From a virus (taxonomy: Duplodnaviria; Caudoviricetes), in the IMG/VR virus record IMGVR_UViG_3300030095_001178, positions 1 to 24,606 of that record: DNA of 24,606 bases. One strand, 5' to 3'. Shown here in pieces: positions 1-5,895 of this stretch (positions within the stretch are counted from its first letter, which is position 1; each line of letters opens with the position of its first letter). The position numbers and the translations under genes are program-made. Under the pieces are notes generated by a model. It was given only the letters and a program-made list of their open reading frames with translations, had not been told where the DNA came from and did no database searches.

Positions 1-2
1 GT

Positions 3-797
3 GAACACTCTGCAAAGAGACAACTCACTGAAAAACGAGGTGAGTACCGTATTCGTATGTCCGGACTAGGACGCCCCTTGTGTCAACAAGTTCTAGACAA
101 GCACGGCGTCAAAGAGTCTATGCAGTATAACACACTGTTTAGATTCATGTTTGGCGACATCACAGAAGCGTTGTTGATGTTGATTATGAAAGAGGCCGGT
201 GTAGACATCGTTGATTATCAACGAGAAGTAGAACTGACGCTGGCTGGTCAGCAGATCAAGGGAACACTTGATGTAATCATACGAGATGAAACCGGTACGG
301 AGAAAGTGTGGGATGTTAAGTCAGCAAGTGATTGGGCATTCAAAAACAAATTTACTGGGTTTGGTGGGTATGACGGGCTGAAAGAAGACGATCCGTTTGG
401 ATACGTAATGCAGGGATATCTGTACTCTGCTGCCACCGGTATGCCGTTTGGCGGATGGATTGTAGTCAACAAGTCTAGTGGAGATGTAGCCTTAGTAGAG
501 GCTCCTGACTGGCAAGACGAAGACCGTGCCAAATATTTGGCGGATGCAGAAGATCGTGTCAAGTTTTTGACAGACCCTGATGTAAAACCATTTAAGCCAT
601 ATCCTGATGAGTTTGAAACGTACAGACGCAAGGGTGAGACTTTACGCACTGGAAACAAGATTTTAGCTAAAGAGTGTAGCCTGTGTGGATACCGGCATCA
701 CTGTTGGCCTGAAGCACAAATACACGCCCGTGTGACATCTCAAGCCAAGTCACCACCACAGGTTTGGTACACACGCCTCAAACAAAAGGAACTCTGA
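3..797 (+). CDS. Cas4/RecB-like PD-(D/E)XK exonuclease with probable 4Fe-4S cluster (5'-truncated by window edge)
   Basis: The frame is open from nt 3 (EHSAKRQLTEKRGEYRIRMSGLGRPLC), so the true start probably lies outside the window. Motifs: GTLD, WDVKS (DxK), QGYLY (RecB-family QxxxY), one N-terminal Cys plus C-terminal CxxC-x5-C (CSLCGYRHHC). Confidence 0.8.
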   Translation, partial: EHSAKRQLTEKRGEYRIRMSGLGRPLCQQVLDKHGVKESMQYNTLFRFMFGDITEALLMLIMKEAGVDIVDYQREVELTLAGQQIKGTLDVIIRDETGTEKVWDVKSASDWAFKNKFTGFGGYDGLKEDDPFGYVMQGYLYSAATGMPFGGWIVVNKSSGDVALVEAPDWQDEDRAKYLADAEDRVKFLTDPDVKPFKPYPDEFETYRRKGETLRTGNKILAKECSLCGYRHHCWPEAQIHARVTSQAKSPPQVWYTRLKQKEL

Positions 798-798
798 C

Positions 799-1179
799 AT
801 GCCGTATTTGTTTGTGCGTGACTACGAAGTTGAATTAATGGAGATGAACAAAAACCTTCATCATGTGTATGTAGAATCGCACAGAGACAGTGGGGGTGAA
901 CGCAAGATAATATATCTACGACAAAACGAACGAGGACTTCCGTTGACGTTGCGAGATAATTACTCCAGTATGGGTGACCTATCTTCCGCTACAGAGAAGC
1001 GTGACATAACTACCGTAGAATCTGAACTACAAAAGATAGGAAGATTGTCTCAATCCGGAGTTATTGTATGCGTTCCACTGAATCATCTGACAAACGAACT
1101 TACCACAATAGAAAAACTTTCCCCAAAAGTGGCAGGGTACGTGATCAAAAGAATAGGCTCAATAGGAATGCAAATATGA
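799..1179 (+). CDS. hypothetical phage protein (126 aa)
   Basis: Starts 1 nt after the upstream stop; its TGA overlaps the next ATG (ATGA at 1176-1179). No motif recognised. Confidence 0.75.
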   Translation: MPYLFVRDYEVELMEMNKNLHHVYVESHRDSGGERKIIYLRQNERGLPLTLRDNYSSMGDLSSATEKRDITTVESELQKIGRLSQSGVIVCVPLNHLTNELTTIEKLSPKVAGYVIKRIGSIGMQI

Positions 1180-1556
1180 AGCGAAGTTCCGCTAGTAAGG
1201 CGGGCTTTCGTTCTAACTTTGAATTGGGCATTGCCCGTTCTCTGGGTAATAAAGCAGTGCCCTACGAATACGAAAACGTCAAGCTAACGTACATACCAAA
1301 GCCACGCACATACACCCCTGACTTCTACCTTGTAGATCAGGATATCTTTGTCGAAGCAAAGGGCTACCTTGACAAAACAGACCGTGTAAAGATGCAGCTA
1401 ATCAAAGAACAACATCCTAATCTAGACATACGGTTTGTTTTCCAAAACGCACAAAACAAGATTTACAGAGGCAGCAAGACCACGTATGCTAGGTGGGCTG
1501 AACGCTACAATTTCAGATGGGCTGAAGGTAGCATACCAGAGGAGTGGCTAAAGTAA
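1176..1556 (+). CDS. Holliday junction resolvase / T7 endonuclease I (gp3) family
   Basis: FRSNFE, YTPDF, FVEAKG and LDIRFVFQ..KIY.GSKTTYA.WAE match phage endonuclease I. Start moved from 1068 to the coupled ATG at 1176, with AGGA upstream. Confidence 0.92.
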   Translation: MKRSSASKAGFRSNFELGIARSLGNKAVPYEYENVKLTYIPKPRTYTPDFYLVDQDIFVEAKGYLDKTDRVKMQLIKEQHPNLDIRFVFQNAQNKIYRGSKTTYARWAERYNFRWAEGSIPEEWLK

Positions 1557-1894
1557 TGACTATTGATGAGGGTGACTTTGAACGGGCAAGTTTGATGCCT
1601 AATAGATGGTATGTTATCTTACGTAAGGTGGATGAAGAAAGCTTCTCTATTGCTGCGTACGACACTACTGAAGAAGAAGACGAAGAGTTTTATGAAGCTG
1701 GTACGATTGTAATCAACGGCATAATGGAATTGCTTGAGTCTGACTTTGATAGGGTAATGGAAGCGGGCATGGCACGGCTGGCGTTCAACAGCGTAAAGGC
1801 TGACTTGTTGAATGACAAAGAGAGTGACGGTCCTACCATTACACACGAAGACGGAACCAATGTAATCAAAATAGACTTTGGCAAAGTACAATGA
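1556..1894 (+). CDS. acidic hypothetical protein (112 aa)
   Basis: TAATG coupling at 1554-1558; GAGGAG at 1539-1544; acidic run TTEEEDEEFYE; ends NVIKIDFGKVQ. Confidence 0.75.
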   Translation: MTIDEGDFERASLMPNRWYVILRKVDEESFSIAAYDTTEEEDEEFYEAGTIVINGIMELLESDFDRVMEAGMARLAFNSVKADLLNDKESDGPTITHEDGTNVIKIDFGKVQ

Positions 1895-2193
1895 GGCACG
1901 AAGAATACATGAGGCAAAAGATGAGTGATATGCAAACCAACGCTTACAAGAATTGGGCAAATGGAGTAGACCGTGATAATGTTAACAACCCGCCACACTA
2001 CAATCAAGCAGGTATCGAATGCCTTGATGCAATCGCGGCGGCGACGGACGATGGTTACGAATACTACCTGCAAGGAAACATTATCAAATACCTCTGGAGA
2101 TACCGCTACAAAAATGGAAACGAAGACCTTAGAAAAGCGCGGTTCTATCTCAACAGATTAATTGAAACAAAAGAAGGACAAGACAATGAATAA
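1891..2193 (+). CDS. DUF3310 family protein (T7 gp1.7-like nucleotide kinase)
   Basis: VNNPPHY..GIECLDAI ... GNIIKYLWRYRYKNG.EDLRKA.FYL is the DUF3310 signature. ATGA overlap with the upstream gene. Confidence 0.9.
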   Translation: MRHEEYMRQKMSDMQTNAYKNWANGVDRDNVNNPPHYNQAGIECLDAIAAATDDGYEYYLQGNIIKYLWRYRYKNGNEDLRKARFYLNRLIETKEGQDNE

Positions 2194-4135
2194 TTTACTG
2201 CCTACACCCTACCAAGAATTCATACACAAGTCACGCTACGCTCGCTGGGTTGAAGATGAAGGACGACGTGAAAACTACGATGAAACTGTGGATCGGTATA
2301 TTGGATTCATGTCAGACCATCTAAAGGATAAGTTTGACTACGTTCTTCCTGAAGCTGACATTGAGGACTTGAGAGAAGCTATCCTCAATCTTGAGATAAT
2401 GCCGTCCATGAGGGCTATGATGACCGCTGGACCCGCTTTAGCGCGAGACAACATCTGCGGCTATAACTGCAGTTACATCCCTGTGGACAGTCCTCGTGCG
2501 TTCGATGAGTGTATGTATATTTTAATGTGCGGCACAGGTGTGGGCTTTTCTGTAGAGCGGGAGAACGTCGATAAGTTACCCATAGTATCAGATAATTTTA
2601 GTAAGTCAGACACTATAATCAACGTAGCTGATAGTAAGCCGGGATGGGCAAGAGCGTACCGTGAATTAGTGGCCCTGTTGTACGCTGGGCAAATTCCACA
2701 GTACAATGTAGATAATGTACGCCCTGCTGGTTCGCGGTTGAAAGTAATGGGAGGACGTGCATCCGGTCCAAAGCCTCTTGTGGATTTGTTTAACTTTACC
2801 ATAGATACATTCAAAAAGGCAAAGGGACGCAGACTGTATCCTATTGAGTGTCACGACATCATGTGTAAAGTTGGACAGGTAGTTGTAGTTGGTGGAGTTC
2901 GTCGTAGTGCGTTGATTAGTTTATCCAACCTTACCGACGATCAAATGGCACATGCTAAGTCTGGAGAGTGGTGGGATGAGCCTGATCGTGGGATTTATCG
3001 TAACGGACAACGCAATATGGCTAACAACTCCGTAGCTTACGAAAACAAACCAGAGATGGGCACGTTTATGCGTGAGTGGTTGTCCCTTTATGACAGCAAG
3101 TCTGGAGAGCGTGGCATCTTTAATCGTGAAGCTGCAGACAAACAAGTCGCTCGTAACGGACGCCGTGAAACAGGTTACATGTGGGGAACAAACCCCTGTA
3201 GTGAAATCATACTACGACCATACCAGTTTTGTAACTTGTCAGAGGTGGTGGTTAGAGAACACGATACCTTGCAAACCCTCAAGCGCAAAGTTCGTTTGGC
3301 AACCATTTTAGGAACTATACAGTCTACCCTGACTGATTTTAAATACCTTCGCAAAGTGTGGAAGCACAACACAGAGGAAGAGCGTTTGCTTGGTGTGTCT
3401 CTCACCGGTATCATGGATCATTCTGTATTGTCCAAAACAGTGGACAGTAAACGCTGGTTGGAAGAGATGAAAGAAACTGCTGTAGAGACAAATGAAAAGT
3501 ATGCTAAAGATTTGAGAATACCACAGTCTGCAGCTATCACCTGTGTAAAGCCAAGTGGTACGGTGTCACAGCTTGTTGATGCAGCCAGCGGTATACATGC
3601 TCGTCACAGTGAACACTATATAAGAACAGTTCGCGGGGATTCCAAAGACCCACTTACACAGTTTCTTATGGACTCTGGTGTACCAGCAGAACGGGATGTA
3701 ACTCAACCTGAATCTGTTACCGTATTTTCTTTTCCAATGAAGTCACCAAAACAAGCTGTCACTCGCACAGAAACAACTGCTATTCAACAACTAGAGTTGT
3801 GGAAAACGTACGCGATACATTGGTGTGAACACAAGCCATCCATCACTGTCACTGTAAAAGAAGACGAGTGGATGGAAGTTGGGGCGTGGGTATACGAAAA
3901 CTTTGATGTAGCGTCTGGTGTGTCATTCTTGCCGTTGTTTGATCACACCTATCAACAGGCACCATATCAAGACATAGAACCTGATGAGTATCTTGAATGG
4001 AAGGACCGGATGTCGTATGTTAACTTGGATTGGTCTAGACTCACTGACTTTGAAAAAGAAGACACAACCACTGGCTCTCGTGAATTAGCTTGTACTGCCG
4101 GTGTGTGTGAAGTGGTAGACCTTTATGCCTCCTAA
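2186..4135 (+). CDS. nrdJ: adenosylcobalamin-dependent (class II) ribonucleotide reductase, monomeric RTPR type
   Basis: PSMR, YNCSY, GTGVGFSVE, GGRASGP, VGGVRRSALISLS, TNPCSEI (thiyl radical Cys), VKPSGTVSQL, EHKPSIT and the C-terminal redox pair CTAGVC. No NrdB gene adjacent. ATG at 2186 is preceded by GAAGGA. Confidence 0.95.
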   Translation: MNNLLPTPYQEFIHKSRYARWVEDEGRRENYDETVDRYIGFMSDHLKDKFDYVLPEADIEDLREAILNLEIMPSMRAMMTAGPALARDNICGYNCSYIPVDSPRAFDECMYILMCGTGVGFSVERENVDKLPIVSDNFSKSDTIINVADSKPGWARAYRELVALLYAGQIPQYNVDNVRPAGSRLKVMGGRASGPKPLVDLFNFTIDTFKKAKGRRLYPIECHDIMCKVGQVVVVGGVRRSALISLSNLTDDQMAHAKSGEWWDEPDRGIYRNGQRNMANNSVAYENKPEMGTFMREWLSLYDSKSGERGIFNREAADKQVARNGRRETGYMWGTNPCSEIILRPYQFCNLSEVVVREHDTLQTLKRKVRLATILGTIQSTLTDFKYLRKVWKHNTEEERLLGVSLTGIMDHSVLSKTVDSKRWLEEMKETAVETNEKYAKDLRIPQSAAITCVKPSGTVSQLVDAASGIHARHSEHYIRTVRGDSKDPLTQFLMDSGVPAERDVTQPESVTVFSFPMKSPKQAVTRTETTAIQQLELWKTYAIHWCEHKPSITVTVKEDEWMEVGAWVYENFDVASGVSFLPLFDHTYQQAPYQDIEPDEYLEWKDRMSYVNLDWSRLTDFEKEDTTTGSRELACTAGVCEVVDLYAS

Positions 4136-4262
4136 ACAAAATAAACTACTTGCGTGGAAGCGGGGAGTAGATTATATTATCTACAATCCTCCACGCAAGT
4201 CAGAACAGTGGGATGAGTGGCAGAAAGTGAAAGAAAAGGATGAGCAAAAGATTCGCTCCTAA
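4125..4262 (+). CDS. small hypothetical protein (45 aa) missing from the ORF track: MPPKQNKLLAWKRGVDYIIYNPPRKSEQWDEWQKVKEKDEQKIRS
   Basis: Translated by hand. It fills the nrdJ-to-nuclease gap and overlaps both neighbours, as other genes in this arm do. Confidence 0.6.
   Translation: MPPKQNKLLAWKRGVDYIIYNPPRKSEQWDEWQKVKEKDEQKIRS
4148..4200. other. long imperfect stem-loop downstream of nrdJ
   Basis: ACTTGCGTGGA (4148-4158) pairs perfectly with TCCACGCAAGT (4190-4200). Inner pairs GGA/TCC and GTAGAT (4167-4172)/ATCTAC (4179-4184) close a 6-nt loop. Confidence 0.7.
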
Positions 4263-4725
4263 TCCATACACAGGAAATCCTATGTATTACAAGGATAACC
4301 CTGATTCTGTTCGTAAAAGAGATGCAAACAGGATGTACGTTAATGGTAAAGAAATATCAAAAAAACATCCCCTACACAGACCCGGAAAATACAAGTCCCT
4401 CGACGATGCGTGGTCACACGAAAAGATTGAAAGCACTTTTGAGGGAGACGTGTATGCTATAGTCAACCCTGCATGGGAGGGATGGGTTAAGATTGGTAAG
4501 GCTAGTTTTGCAGACGACAGATTAAACACATATCAAACATCATCTCCATACAGGGACTACACCATACTTGCCCGCATACACATAAACAACAGACACAAAA
4601 AAGAACTTGCAATGCACCGTATTTTTGAAGATAATGCAGAAGCCCGTAGGGGTGAGTGGTTTAAAATTTCAAAAACAGACGCAGTGCTTTTGTTTTTACA
4701 GGAGAGTAAAGAAGATGACAGATAA
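4240..4725 (+). CDS. T5orf172/MUG113-type GIY-YIG-like endonuclease
   Basis: VYAIVNPAWEGWVKIGKA...DRLNTYQTSSP...E..MH......RGEWF matches the T5orf172 pattern. Basic N-terminal extension. Confidence 0.85.
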   Translation: MSKRFAPNPYTGNPMYYKDNPDSVRKRDANRMYVNGKEISKKHPLHRPGKYKSLDDAWSHEKIESTFEGDVYAIVNPAWEGWVKIGKASFADDRLNTYQTSSPYRDYTILARIHINNRHKKELAMHRIFEDNAEARRGEWFKISKTDAVLLFLQESKEDDR

Positions 4726-4942
4726 AGAAGAATCTGTAGTAACTATCAACGACAAAGAATATATACTAAATGATTTGGATAATACCCAACGGTACTTACT
4801 TGTGCAGATACAAGAAGTAACAAACAATATACGCAGCTTAAATATGAGAGTTGCACAAGCACAAGCGGCACTTACTATGTTCAAGGGTACTCTTGTCAAG
4901 TCTGTGGAAGAACCAGATGATACAAGTGAAGATAACGCCTAG
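4715..4942 (+). CDS. small coiled-coil protein, DUF6447-like (75 aa)
   Basis: VTINDKEYILNDLD followed by a heptad-like helix; ATG at 4715 after GGAG at 4701-4704. The family call is from recalled similarity. Confidence 0.65.
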   Translation: MTDKEESVVTINDKEYILNDLDNTQRYLLVQIQEVTNNIRSLNMRVAQAQAALTMFKGTLVKSVEEPDDTSEDNA

Positions 4943-5405
4943 TATAATTAATCGCGCAAAAAAGAAAGCCGCCACTGTAGGTAATCTACAGGGCAGCATC
5001 ACAGGCAGCTTGAGTCATGTGGTGGGCGCGATAGGCGAGATAATTGTAGCCGACATTATAGGTGCGAACGAGTCTAACACATACGACTACGATTTGGTGA
5101 GGGACGGGGAGCGTATTGACGTAAAGACGAAACGCTGCAACACACGTCCCTTTCCACACTACGATTGTTCGGTGGCTGCACACGGGACCAACCAAAACTG
5201 CGACAGTTATGTTTTTGTTCGTATTCTTACTGACACGTCTCGTGCGTGGATATTGGGATCAATACCTAAACCAGACTTCTACACAAGGGCAACAAAGTAC
5301 AAACGGGGCGACGTAGACCCCGCAAACGGCTTTATATTCAAGGCCGATTGTTACAATCTACCTATTAGTGAGTTGTCTGATGTCAAACAAAGCGTCACTG
5401 TTTAA
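4917..5405 (+). CDS. putative PD-(D/E)XK (restriction-like fold) nuclease (162 aa)
   Basis: GAIGE...YDYDL......IDVKTK catalytic-type spacing and D.YVFV strand. The ATG at 4917 is a more likely start than 4851. Confidence 0.7.
   Translation: MIQVKITPSIINRAKKKAATVGNLQGSITGSLSHVVGAIGEIIVADIIGANESNTYDYDLVRDGERIDVKTKRCNTRPFPHYDCSVAAHGTNQNCDSYVFVRILTDTSRAWILGSIPKPDFYTRATKYKRGDVDPANGFIFKADCYNLPISELSDVKQSVTV
4958..4997 (-). terminator. putative intrinsic terminator of the structural (-) arm, embedded antisense in the PD-(D/E)XK gene
   Basis: Minus-strand RNA GCUGCC-CUGUAG-auuac-CUACAG-u-GGCGGC-UUUCUUUUUU: a 12-bp stem with one bulge, one G.U pair that forms only on this strand, and an immediate U-tract. 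Confidence 0.6.
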
Positions 5406-5595
5406 GTTCGAAGCAAACCTACTTCCTAACGGAAAAGTCGAGTTGCTTAGTGAATCAGTAAAGCCTGAAGAGTTTGAGGGTGTGATGAACAAGGGGATGC
5501 CAGAGTACGACGGTTCGCACTCAATAGCATCCCTGTTGCGTTACTTGAAGTCTTGGTCAGATGAAGCTATGGAGAAGTCAACGAGGTACGTCTAG
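5380..5595 (+). CDS. hypothetical protein (71 aa), last gene of the + arm
   Basis: ATG at 5380 overlaps the upstream gene end; its TAG overlaps the TAG of the convergent gene (CTAG 5592-5595). Confidence 0.7.
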   Translation: MSNKASLFKFEANLLPNGKVELLSESVKPEEFEGVMNKGMPEYDGSHSIASLLRYLKSWSDEAMEKSTRYV

Positions 5596-5879
5596 TCAAG
5601 CTTTACGCCACGTCCCTTGAGAATGTCTGCCTGTGTGACTTTACCATCGCCTGTCATGTCAGGAAAGCCGCCCTTTGCCATACCCTGCATCATTGGCTTT
5701 TGCATGGCTTGATTTTGCATCATGTTTTGTTGTGGCTGTGTAGCCGTCATCATACCACCCCCGTAAGCTTTTTTGCGGGGTTTCTTTTTGGTTGCCATGC
5801 CGCCGTACATCATTGGCTTGCGCTTTGCAGCACCACCATACATCATGCCTTTGCGTTGGCCGTTAGTGTAAGTTTTCAT
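5592..5879 (-). CDS. small basic Met/Lys/Gln-rich protein with repeated (Y/K)GG motifs and a C-terminal EF-hand/dockerin-like loop
   Basis: MMYGG twice, AYGGG, MAKGG; DMTGDGKVTQAD loop; GGAG RBS at 5887-5890 (- strand). Confidence 0.8.
   Translation of the reverse strand: MKTYTNGQRKGMMYGGAAKRKPMMYGGMATKKKPRKKAYGGGMMTATQPQQNMMQNQAMQKPMMQGMAKGGFPDMTGDGKVTQADILKGRGVKLD
5759..5789 (+). terminator. putative intrinsic terminator of the + arm, embedded antisense in the YGG-repeat gene
   Basis: Plus-strand RNA CCCCGUAA-gcuuuu-UUGCGGGG-UUUCUUUUU: an 8-bp GC-rich stem with a U.G pair that forms only on +, and an immediate U-tract. Confidence 0.65.
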
Positions 5880-5895
5880 CTGTTTGCTCCGTTAT

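Noticed and set aside
3-797. CRISPR-Cas locus suggested by the Cas4-like gene
   Set aside because: No repeat-spacer array or other cas gene is visible; the context is phage replication.
1068-1175. Longer N-termini from the ORF track (1068, and likewise 1544, 2162, 4607, 4851, 5368, 16282, 24036)
   Set aside because: They extend into upstream genes or the promoter region; downstream ATGs have better RBS or stop/start coupling.
4136-4239. Cobalamin riboswitch or self-splicing intron associated with nrdJ
   Set aside because: The structure is downstream of nrdJ, is too short, and lacks a recognisable B12 box or group I/II core; nrdJ is uninterrupted.
4920-4948. TATAAT at 4943-4948 as a + strand promoter
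   Set aside because: There is no credible -35 at 16-18 nt spacing, and it lies inside coding sequence.
248-5195. Minus-strand and alternate-frame ORFs inside the + arm genes
   Set aside because: They overlap well-supported genes and have no recognisable features.
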